Shown: positions 11,622-22,400 of the stretch, in pieces | How positions within the stretch are numbered: position 1 is the first letter of the stretch | Layout: the number at the start of each line of letters is the position of its first letter | NCBI GenBank assembly: GCA_030390025.1 | Contig: CM059431.1 | Span: forward strand, 101,930,001-101,994,000 | DNA from: Squalus acanthias | Taxonomy: Eukaryota | Direction: 5' to 3' | DNA: 64,000 bases | Translations under genes and position numbers: made by a program | Notes under the pieces: model-generated | Told to the model about the DNA's origin: nothing | The model's input: the letters and a program-made list of their open reading frames with translations, nothing else | The model's database searches: none

Positions 11622-12252
11622 AAGAACATAAGAACATTAGAAGCAGGAGTCGGCCATTCGGCCCCTCGAGTCTGCTCCGCCATTCAATAAGATCATGGCT
11701 GATCTTCGACCTCAACTCCACATTCTCGCCCGATCCCCATATCCCTTGATTCCCCTGGAGTTCAAAAATCGATCGATCTCTGTCTTGAATATACTCAACG
11801 ACTCAGCATCCACAGCCCTCTGGGGTAGAGAATTCCAAAGATTCACAACCCTCTGAGTAAAGAAATTTCTCCTCATCTCAGACTTAAATGGCCGACCCCT
11901 TATTCTGAGACTGTGCCCCCTAGTTCTAGACTCTCCAGCCAGGGGGAAACATCCTCTCAGCATCTACCCTGTCAGTCCCCCTCAGAATCTTATATGTTTC
12001 AATGAGATCACCTCTCATTCTTCTAAACTCCAGAGAGTAGAGGCCCAATCTACTCAATCTCTCCTCATAGGACAGCCCTCTCATCCCAGGGATCAATCTA
12101 GTGAACCTTCGTTGCACTGCCTCGAAGGCAAGTATATCCTTCCTCAGATAAGTAAACCAAAACTGTGCACAGTACTCCAGGTGTGGTCTCACCAAAGCCC
12201 TGTACAATTGTAGTAAGACTTCCTTACTCTTGTACTCCAACTCCCTTGCAAT
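11622..12252 (-). mobile_element. CR1 LINE 3' fragment
   Basis: LVRPHLEYCAQFW...WNSLPQ on the minus strand with a (TTCTTATG)n-type tail. Confidence 0.88.
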
Positions 12253-12772
12253 AACCTGCCGATATGACCGTAAATATCACCGTGGCAGTACGTACCACCA
12301 AATATGAAATTCGTTAGCTATTTGCTTCCATGCACACCAGCATCATTATTCTGCAATTTATCACCCAGATGATTAAGAAGAAAAACTAGGGAATTGGTTA
12401 GGATTAGGGTTAGGGAGTCGGGATAATGGGTATGCAGACCGAGATTGGGAACTCACATGCGGGTGTAACCACAAGTGCAAATCTGTACCCTGCTGCACTG
12501 GATAACAACACAGTGGATCCTGGCTCATAAGTTTGACCCCCTATCAGATGTCTTGTCGCACTCTTCCAACCTGAGTGCGTATATCCAGGGCTTTCCTTTT
12601 CTGCAGGTCTGAGCTGAATACTGCGGGTCTCACAAGAGTAATACAGATTGGAGCTCACCAAGGTTTGGTGCTTTGCCAGATGATTGTAATTCAGATTAGG
12701 GGATCCACCAGGAAAGAAGTCTCAGATGTAATCTGAGTCCCATCGATCTAGAGTCCAACATGTCAATGTAAT

Positions 12773-13310
12773 ACGATAGCAAAATACTGCGGATGCTGGA
12801 AATCCAAAATAACAACAGAAAACGCTGGGAAAAACTCAGCAGGCCAGGCAGCATCCGTGGAGAGAGAAACAGAGTTAACGTTTCAGGTTGAAGACCTTTT
12901 GTCAGAACTGGAAAAAAGCAGGAAATGAAATAGATTTTAAAGCAAGGATAATGCTGGGAAAAGGGGGAGGGGATGAAAGAACAAAAGGGAAGGTCAGTGA
13001 TAGGATAGAAAGCAGGAGAGATTAAGAGACATTAAGAGATATTCAAGGCAAGAGGAGGTGGTAATGGGACAGGTTGAGGAACAAAGGATGGCTCTAGATG
13101 AAGTGTGAAATGCGCTGGCAGAATGAAGGACAGCTGCCAGCTTCTGGGAGGGAAGAAAAAAAAAAGGCCAAACAAAAGGGTGGATGAAAAAATAAAATAA
13201 AAATATATATATGTGATGGGGGCCGGGGTTATGATCTGAAATTGTTGAACTCTATGTTGAGTCCAGAGGGCTGTAGAGTGCCTAATCGAAAGATGAGGTG
13301 CTGTTCCTCG
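12773..13310 (-). mobile_element. 5'-truncated Penelope-like element (GIY-YIG C-terminus, 3' UTR, pLTR)
   Basis: Reverse complement aligns with ~44552-45050 (EEQHLIFRLGTLQPSGLNIEFNNF and the pLTR); flanks ATGTCAATGTAATA / ATGTCAATATAATA. Confidence 0.85.
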
Positions 13311-13446
13311 TAACAGGTTATTATATGTCAATATAATAACCTGTTACATCGCCAGTCCATTGAAAGGTCAGAGCACAGGAACTGTCACTGTGTAACTACA
13401 ATATATTTTGAAGCTAAAGTGGAAATCTATGACCCTCTTTTCACAG

Positions 13447-13493
13447 CTCAATGATATTGACGCCAAACCAGAGGAAGGAGAAAATGCCATCAG
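13447..13493 (+). CDS. SLC15A1: SLC15A1 exon (LNDIDAKPEEGENAIR)
   Basis: cacag|CTC...AG|gtatgt; 47 nt; matches PEPT1 KPEKGENGIR. Confidence 0.93.
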
Positions 13494-13504
13494 GTATGTT
13501 TCTT

Positions 13505-14070
13505 CAGACTGGCCGGCCTCCCACCTTCCACCCTCTGTAAACTTCAGCTCATCCGAAACTCTGCTGCCCGTGTCCTAACTCGCACCGAGCCCCGTTCACC
13601 CATCACCCCTTGTGCTCGCTGACCTACATTGGCTCCCGGTCCGGCAATACCTCGAATTTAAAATTATTGTCCTTGTGATCAAATCCCTCCACGGCCTCGG
13701 CCCCCCGCCCCCCCCCCCCCCCCCTATCTCTGTAACCTCCTCCAGCCCTACAACCCTCCCAGATCTCGGCGCTCCTCCAATTCTGGCCTCTTGCATAGCC
13801 CCCGATTTCCATCACTCCATCATCGGCGGCCGTGCCTTCAGCTGTCTAGGCCCTAAGCTCTGGAATTCCCTCCCTAAACCTCTCCGCCTCTCTACCTCTC
13901 TTTCCTCCTTTAAGACGCTCCTTAAAACCCACCTCTTTGACCAAGCTTTTGGTCGCCTGCCCTAATATCACCTTATGTGGCTCGGTGTCAGGTTTTGTTG
14001 GATAACGCTCCTGTGAAGCGCCTTGGGACGTTTTACTACGTTAAAGGCGCTATATAAATGCAAATTGTTG
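13505..14070 (+). mobile_element. L2-type LINE 3' fragment
   Basis: LADLHWLPV...GGRAFSCLGPKLWNSLP...FKTLLKTHLF. Confidence 0.8.
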
Positions 14071-14184
14071 TACATTATGACTCTCTTGTGTCTATTTTTT
14101 GCCAATCTGAATTCAGCATATTTACTGTGTAATATTCTTTTATTTAATATTTTTGAAATGCAACTAAACGTGGCTTCTTTCCAG

Positions 14185-14292
14185 ATTTGTGACTTCGTTG
14201 TCAAATGTTACGAACATCACAATGGACGGTCTTGATTTTGGAAGTTTGGACAGATTGTCTGCAACAAACTATACATTGTTTACTAGAGGAAA
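14185..14292 (+). CDS. SLC15A1: SLC15A1 extracellular-domain exon (FVTSLSNVTNITMDGLDFG...)
   Basis: ttccag|A TTT GTG...AA|gtaagt; 108 nt; phase consistent. Confidence 0.92.
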
Positions 14293-14344
14293 GTAAGTGA
14301 TTCTCTCGATGATAATAATAATAAATCTTCTGCTACGCAAGTGA

Positions 14345-15090
14345 AACGCCACAAACTCCGTTCCCGAGCCGCCGACTCCATCTCTCTCCCTGGCAACTGT
14401 CCGAGGCTGAACCAGACCGTTCGCAACCTTGGTTGTCGCCCTATTTGATCCCCGAAATGAGCTTCCGACCACACGTTCCTGCCATCGCTGAGACCGCCTG
14501 CCTCCACCTCCGGAACATCGCTCGACTCCGCCCCCCTGCCTCAGCTCATCCGCTGCTGAAACCCTGCTGCTGGAGCTCATCCGAAGCTCGGCTGCCCCAT
14601 GTCCTAACTCGCACCAAGTCCCGTTCGCCCATCACCCCCTGTGTGCTCGCTGACCTACATTGGCTCCCGGTTAAGCAACGCCTCGATTTTAAAATTCTCA
14701 GCTCTGTTTTCAAATCCCTCCTCGCCCCTCTCCCTATCTCTGTAAACTCCTCCAGCCCCGCAACCTTCCGAGATCTCTGCGCTCCTCTAATTCTGGCCTC
14801 TTGAGCAGCCAAGATTTTAATCGCTCCACCATTGGCGGCCATACCTTCAGCTGCCTGGGCCCTGAGCTCTGGAATTCCCTCCCTAAACCCCTCCGCCTCT
14901 CTAACTCTCTCTCCTCCTTTAAGACACTCCTTAAAACCTACCTCTTTGACCAAGCTTTTGGACATCTGCCCTAATATCTCCTTATGTGGCTCGGGGTCAA
15001 ATTTTGTCTGATAATCACTCCTGTGAAGCGCCGCGGGACGTTGCACTAAGTTAAAGGCGCTATATAAATACAAGATGCTGTTGTTGTTGA
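14345..15090 (+). mobile_element. L2-type LINE 3' fragment
   Basis: HLRNIARLRP...LHWLPV...; same tail as 1395-1729. Confidence 0.8.
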
Positions 15091-15649
15091 AAATGGTTGT
15101 CTGTACACCAAATGCCTTAGGATGTGGGGCAGGCTTGATGGGCCAGGTGGTCTTTTCATGCCCATTGCTTCTGTTTGTTCACAAATATAACCCTTCCTTA
15201 AAGTTATAGAATGGTTTTACTTATGCCAAGGAGCATATGTACGATCTACCTACATTGTAACTATTGGCTCATGTACACAAATGACAATAGGAAACTGCTC
15301 TAATGTTAGTTACACTGCTAGTTTTGCCTTGATGAGGGGGCAATCCGTCCGGTTTAGCAGATGGGTTACATCCTGGAAACATACTTTATAGCCTGTGTTA
15401 TTCCAGTATTACACCATATCCTTTGAACAGAAGTGCTATTGTACCGTAGAATTCAAACTACCGTAATGTTCGTTTCTCCGTCACTGTACATCACAGGATC
15501 CGGCACAGGCTGCCTATATTCTTCTAAATATCACCATGACAGTATGGAGCACTAAATATGAAATTTGTTAGTCATTGTTTCCATGCAGTTTTCTTTTGTT
15601 TTCTGAATTATTCTACAATTTAACACCCAGATGATTGAGAAGAAAAACT

Positions 15650-16705
15650 ATGGAATTGGTTAGGAGGTAGGAGACAGAGAGTAGGGATAACGGGTGTATG
15701 TACACCAGTTGGCGGGATGTGACGAGTGGTGTCCCCCCCCAGGGATCTGTGCCGGGGCCTCGGCTTTTCACCGTATTTATCAATGACTTGGATGAAGGAA
15801 TAGAGCGCCGTATGCCCAGGTTTGCTGACATCACTAAGTTAGGCGGCACAGTCAGTGGTGTAGACGGGAGCAGGAAGTTGCACAGGGGCATTGATAGATT
15901 CAGCGAGTGGGCAAAGCTGTGGCAGACGCAGTTCAATGTGGGGAAGTGGGAGGTCACCCACTTTGGTCCTAAGGAAGATCGATCAGTGTATTTTCAAAAT
16001 GGTAAGAAGCTGGGAACTGTGGAGGAGCAGAGAGAATCAGGGGTCCGCGTACAGAAACCAGTGGAAAGGTACAAAAATAATTTAAAAGGCTAATGGAATG
16101 TTGGCCTTTATCTCGAGGGGGCTGGAATACAAAGGGGTGGAAGTTGTGCTACAGCCGTATAAAAGCCTGGTTAGACCCCATCTGGAGGAACTGCGTTCAG
16201 TTCTGGGCCCCGCACCTCAGGAAGGATATATGAGCCTTGGAGGGGGGGCAGCGCAGATTCACCAGAATGATACCGGGGCTAAAAGGGTTAAATTATGAGG
16301 ACGGGCTGCACAAACTGGGCTTGTATTCCCTCGAGTTTAGAAGATTAAGGGGTGATCTAATCGAGGTGGTTAAGATGATTAAAGGAGTTGATAGGGTAGA
16401 TAGAGAGAGAAACTATTTCCTCTGGTGAGGGGGAGTCCAGAACAAGGGGGTATAACCTTAAAATTAGAGCCAGGCCGTTCAGGGGTGATGTCAGGAAGCA
16501 CTTCTTCACACAAAGGGTAGTGGAAATCTGGAACTCTCTCCCCCAAAAAGCTGTTGAGGCTGGGGGTTCAATTGAAAATTTCAAAACTGAGATTGATAGA
16601 TTTTTGTTGGGCGAGGGTATTAAGGGTTATGAAACCAAGGCGGGTAGATGGAGTTAAGATACAGAACAGCCATGATCTGATTGAATGGCGGGACAGGCTC
16701 GAGGG
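15650..16705 (+). mobile_element. CR1 LINE RT and 3' fragment (decayed)
   Basis: VTSGVPPQGSV.GP.LF.VFINDLD...FADITKL with frameshifts. Confidence 0.85.
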
Positions 16706-17088
16706 GAGACAGCTAAGATTTGACGTTGCCAAGGTCAGTGTTTAGATCAGAGGACCACACAGTGCTCAGTAGTAAATTAAGATACTGAGGCGAATTCAGC
16801 AATCCTGCACTCCCAGTGGTTTGAAGAATTGCAGAATTGAGATGCTGTAACCATATCTTCAGCCACACTCCCTTCAAGATCCGCTTCCCACAGGGAGCAC
16901 GGGATCGCTGAATTTATCCCGACGTTCCCGGAGTTTACGTTCAATTTGGTTTCAGTAACACAGGAGGCCAAAGAGGGAAAGGCAAAGGAGTGAGAACAGG
17001 AGCAAAGAAGTGGTTAGTGCGACCAAATGTCGTTGACTGTGGAAATGTTCAAGTTTGAGTTTCTAATTTTGTTATCTTTTTGGCTCAG

Positions 17089-17185
17089 GAAAATGATCAC
17101 GTTTTGGGTAAATGGAATGGAATGTTCACAGATGTCCACTGAATTTGGTTTTGGAAGCTCCTTCACGATCGGCATTAATGAAACG
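17089..17185 (+). CDS. SLC15A1: SLC15A1 extracellular-domain exon (KMITFWVNGMECSQMSTEFGFGSSFTIGINET)
   Basis: ctcag|G AAA...ACG|gttcgt; 97 nt restores phase 0; FGS..T matches the PEPT1 LEFGSAYT region. Confidence 0.88.
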
Positions 17186-17794
17186 GTTCGTAGTGCACGA
17201 GTGTCCTGCTGTTTTCCTTTCATGTGGGAAGTTTACTAGAATTTTATTCTTAAAACTGTTGCTGTCAGCTAAAACCATTCTTCCTCTCTCTGTAGCCTCC
17301 TCCAGCCCGACAACCCGCCGAGATCTCTGCGCTCCTCCAATTCTGGCCTCTTGTGCACGCCCCTGATTTTCTTTACTCCACCATCGGCGGCCGTGCCTTC
17401 AGCCCCCTCGGCCCTAAGCTCTGGAATTCCCTCCCTAAACCTCTCCGCCTCTCTACCTCTCCTCCTTTAAGACGCTCCTTAAAACCTAACCTCTTTGACC
17501 AAGCTTTTGGTCACCTGTCCTAATATCTTCTTATGTGGCTCGGTGTCAATTTTTGTTTAATAATCGCTCCTGTGAAGCACCTTGGGATGTTTTACTATGT
17601 TTAAGGCGCTGTATAAATACAAGTTGTTGTTGTTTTAAGCAGCTGAATATTTGGTTGTATTAAAGATAGTGACCCGGCAAAATGAATGTTAATTTTGAAC
17701 ACAAAGCTGCTATTATACTTTTTTTTAAAGCATTTTTAATAAAATCTACATAGATGCAGGTGAACTGGCCATGCAACACGTTACTGCATCAATA

Positions 17795-18477
17795 CATGGA
17801 TCATTAAAATGTCATGAACAGGTACAGTAAATAATCAAAAAGGCTAATGGAATGCTGGCCTTTATATCTAGAGAACTAGAACACAAGGGGGTAGAAGTTA
17901 TGCTGCAGCTGTTCAAAACCCTGGTTAGACCACACCTGGAGCACTGTGAGCAAATCTGGGCATCACACCTTAGGGAGGATATATTAGCCTTGGAGGGAGT
18001 GCAGCGTAGGTTTACCAGAATGATACTCAGACTCCAAGGGTTAAGTTACGAGGAGAGATTACACAAATTAGGGTTGTATTCCCTGGAATTTAGAAGGTTG
18101 AGGGGTGATCTGATCGAAGTTTTCAAGATATTAAGGGGAACAGATAGCGTAGACAGAGAGAAACTATTTCCCTTTTGGTTGGGGAGTCTAGGTCTAGGGG
18201 CCATAGTCTAAAAATTAGAGCCAGACCTTTCAGGAGTGAAATTAGGAAACACTTCTGCACACAAAGGGTGGTAGAAGTTTGGAACTCTCTTCCGCAAACA
18301 GCAATTGATGCTCGATCAATTGTTAATTTTAAATCGGAGATTGATAGATTTTTTTAACCATAGGTATTGAGGGATTGGGGCAAAGGCGGGTATATGGAGT
18401 TAGGTCGCAGATCAGCCATGGTCTCATTGAACAGGCTCGAGGGGCTAAGTGGCCATCTCCTGCTCCTATGTTCTTAT
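17795..18477 (+). mobile_element. CR1 LINE 3' fragment
   Basis: ORF2 C-terminal peptides; same subfamily at 30880-31230(-), 39575-39995(-) and 60431-60838(+). Confidence 0.85.
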
Positions 18478-19486
18478 GCACCACAGAGAGCAAGGCTATT
18501 GAGTTCCTGGCCTTAGCTAGAGCATCAAGGAAGGAACCGAATGGGGGCGAAGTATTTACCCGCAGAGATTATTGCTTGTTTTTTAGAATGACGTTGACAG
18601 ACTCCTGGGAACGAGTAACCTCATCATCCTAAACAGAGGGGGAGTGAAAACAATCACTTTTAAGATTTTTGAAACGACAATTCAAATTCTTTAGAGGAAG
18701 GAACTTGAATTTTCACAGCGCCTTTTACAACCTCAGGGTGTCCCAAAGCGCTTTACAGCCAATGAAGTACTTTTGAGAGTGTAGTCACTGTTGTAATGGA
18801 GGAAAACACAGCAGCAAATAGATACATGACCAGATAATCCGTTTTAGTGATGTTGGTCGAGGGATAAATATTGGCCAAGACAAGGTTTAATGGCATCTTG
18901 GTGTTTTTTCAATGTGGTCTCCATGTTTGCTGGGATACACAGCAAGCTCAGTGTGGCTTCATGCTCCAACCAACAGAAACAATAAATGCCTAACTTTAAT
19001 AGTTTATGAGAAACTTATGCATCACAATGCTATGAGCCCTGAACCACTGCAAAATTTGACTATAGAAATTAAAAAGAAGAAGCATTGACTTCGAGAATCC
19101 ACCATTATCTATCCTGAAGATACAGGGCTAAAAGGGTTAAATTACGAGGACAGGTTGCATAGACTAGGCTTGTATTCCCTCGAGTATAAGAGGTGATCTA
19201 ATTGAGGTGTTTAAGGCGATTAAAGGAGTTGACAGGGTAGATGGAGAGAAACTATTTCCTCTGGTGGGGGGAGTCCAGAACAAGGGGGCGTAACCTTAAA
19301 ATTAGAGCCAGGCCGTTCAGGGGTGATGTCAGGAAGCATTTCTTCACACAAAGGGTGGTGGAAATCTGGAACTCTCTGCCCCAAAAAAGCTGTTGAGGCT
19401 GGGGGTCAATTGAAAAGTTCAAAACTGAGATTGATAGATTTTTGTTGGACAAGGGTATTAAGGGTTACGGAACCAAGGCGGGTAGA

Positions 19487-22400
19487 ATCATAGAATCATA
19501 GAATGGTTACAGCATAGAAGGAGGCCATTCGGCCCGTCTAGCCTGTGCCGGCTCTCTACAAGAGCACTTCAGCTAGTCCCACTCCCCCGCCCTTTCCCCG
19601 TAGCCCTGCAATTTTTTTTCCTTCAGGTATTTATCCAATTCCCTTTTGAAAGCCACGATTGAATCTGCCTCCAGCACCCTTTCAGGCAGTGCATTCCAGA
19701 TCCTAACCACTCGCTGCGTAAAAACGTTTTTCCTCATGTCGCCTTTGGTTCTTCTGACAATCACTTTAAATTTGTGTCCTCTGGTTCTCGACCCTTCCGC
19801 CAATGGGAACAGTTTCTCTCGTATCTACTCTGTCTAGACCCCTCATGATTTTGAACACCTCTATCAAATCTCCTCTCAACCTTCTCTGTTCTAAGGAGAA
19901 CAATTCCAGCTTCTCTAGTCTATCCACGTAACTGAAGTCCCTCATCCCTGGAACCATTCTGTAAATCTTTTCTGCTTCCTCTCTAAGGCCTTCACATCCT
20001 TCCTAAAGTGTGGTGCCCAGAATTGGACACAATACTCCAGTTGAGGCCGAACTCAGTGTTTTATACAGGTTCATCATAACTTCCTTGCTTTTGTACTCTA
20101 TGCCTCTATTTCTGAAGCCCAGGATCCCATATACTTTTTTAACTGCTTTCTCAACATGGCCTGCCACCTTCAACGATTTGTGCACATATACCCCCAGGTC
20201 TCTCTGTTCATGTACCCCCTTTAGAATTGTACCCTTTAGTTTATATTGCCTCTCCTCATTCTTCCTACCTAAATGTATCGCATCACACTTTTCTGCGTTA
20301 AATTTCATCTGCCACGTGTCCGCCCATTCCACCAGCCTGTCTTATGTCTTCTTGAAGTCTTTCACTATCCTCCTCACTGTTCACTATACTTTCAAGTTTA
20401 GTGTCATCTGCAAATTTTGAAATGGCACCCTGTACACCCACGTCCAAGTCATTAATATATATCAAGAAAAGCAGTGGTCCTAGTACCGACCCCTGGGGAA
20501 CACCACTGTGTACCTTCCTCCAGTCCGAAAAACAAACGTTCACCAATACTTTCTGTTACCTGTCACTTAGCCAATTTTGTATCCATGTTGCCATTGTCCC
20601 TTTTATTCCACGGGCTTCAACTTTGCTGGCAAGCCTGTTACGTGGCACTTTATCAAAAGTCTTTTGCAAGTCCATGAACACCACATCAACCACATTGCCC
20701 TCATCAACCATCTTAGTTACCTCATCAAAAAACTCAATCAAGTTAGTTAAACATGATTTGTCTTTAACAAATCCGTGCTGGCTTTCCTTAATTAATCCAC
20801 ACTTGTCCAAGTGACTGCTAATTTTGTCCCAGATTATCATTTCTAAAAGCTTCCCCACTACCGAGGTTAAACTGACTGGCCTGTAGTTGCTGGGTTTATC
20901 CTTACACCCTTTTTTGAACAAGGGTTTTGCAATTCTCCAGTCCTCTGGCACCACCCTCCGTATCTTAGGTTGATTGGAAGATTATGATCAGTACCTCCAC
21001 AATTTCCACCTTTACTTCCCTCAGCATCCTAGGATGCATTCCCATCCAGTCCTGGTGACTTATCTACTTTAAGTACAGCCAGCCTTTCTAGTACCGCCTC
21101 TTTATCAATTTTTATCCCATCCAGTATCTCAACTACCTCCTCTTTCACTATGACTTTGGCAGCATCTTCTTCCTTGGTTAAGACAGATGGAAAGTACTCA
21201 TTTAGTACCTCAGCCATGCCCTCTGCCTCCATGCGTATGTCTCCATTTTGGTCCCTAATCGGCCCCATCCCTCCTCTTACTACCAGTTTCATATTTATAT
21301 GCCTATAGAAGACTTTTGGATGTCCTTTTATGTTAGCTGCCAATCTATTTCTCATACTCTCTCTTTGCCCCTCTTATTTTCTTTTTCACTTCCCCTCTGA
21401 ACTTTCTATATTCCACCTGGTTCTCACTTGTATTCTCATCCTGACATCTGTCACACGCCCCCTTTTTCTGCTTCATCTTACAATCATACAATGGTTACAG
21501 CACAGAAGGAGTTCATTCGGCCCATCGAGCCCGTGCCGGCTCTCTGCAAGAGCACTTCAGCTCGTCCCACTCCCCGCCCTTTCCCCGTAGCCCACAAATT
21601 TTTTTCCTTCAGTTACTTATCCAACTCCCTTTTGAAAGCCACGATTGAGTTTGCCTCCAGCACCCTTTCAGGCAGTGCATTCCCGATCATAACCACTCGA
21701 TGCATAAAAAAAGTTTTTCCTCATGTCGCCTTTGGTTCTTCTGCAAATCACCTTAAATCTGTGTCCTCTGATTCTCGACCCTTCTGCCAATGGGAACAGT
21801 TTCTCTCTATCGACTCTGTCCAGACACCTCATGATTTTGAACACCTCTATTAAATCTCCTCTTAACCTTCTCTGCTCTAAGGAGAACAACCCCAGCTTCT
21901 TCAGTCTATCCACGTAACTGAAGTCTCTCAACCCTGGAACCATTCTTGTAAATCTTTTCTGCTCCCTCTCTAAGGCCTTCACATCCTTCCTAAAGTGCGG
22001 TGCCCAGAATTGGACACAATACTCCAGTTGAGGCCGAACTCAGTGTTTTACAAATGTTCATCATAACTTCCTTGCTTTTGTACTCTATACCTCTATTTAT
22101 GAAGCCCAGTATCCCGTATGTTTTTTTTCACCGCTTTCTCAACCTGCCCTGCCACCTTCAACGATTTGTGCACATATACCCCCAGGTCTCTCTGTTCATG
22201 CACCCCCTTTAGGATTGTACTCTTTAGTTTATATTGCCTCTCCTCGCTTAAAGCACTCTCAATACGTGGGCTACATGCAGGTCAGGACTCCCTCTACACT
22301 GCCCAAAAATGGACTTTAACCCCCATCCTTGGAACAGCGATCCTGACTGCACAGCACTGAACTTTCCATTTCCCTAAGCAGCTAGCTTGGTGTACTACTG

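Noticed and set aside
12404..12415. Interstitial telomeric repeat (TTAGGG)2
   Set aside because: Only two units, arising within a decayed CR1 segment.
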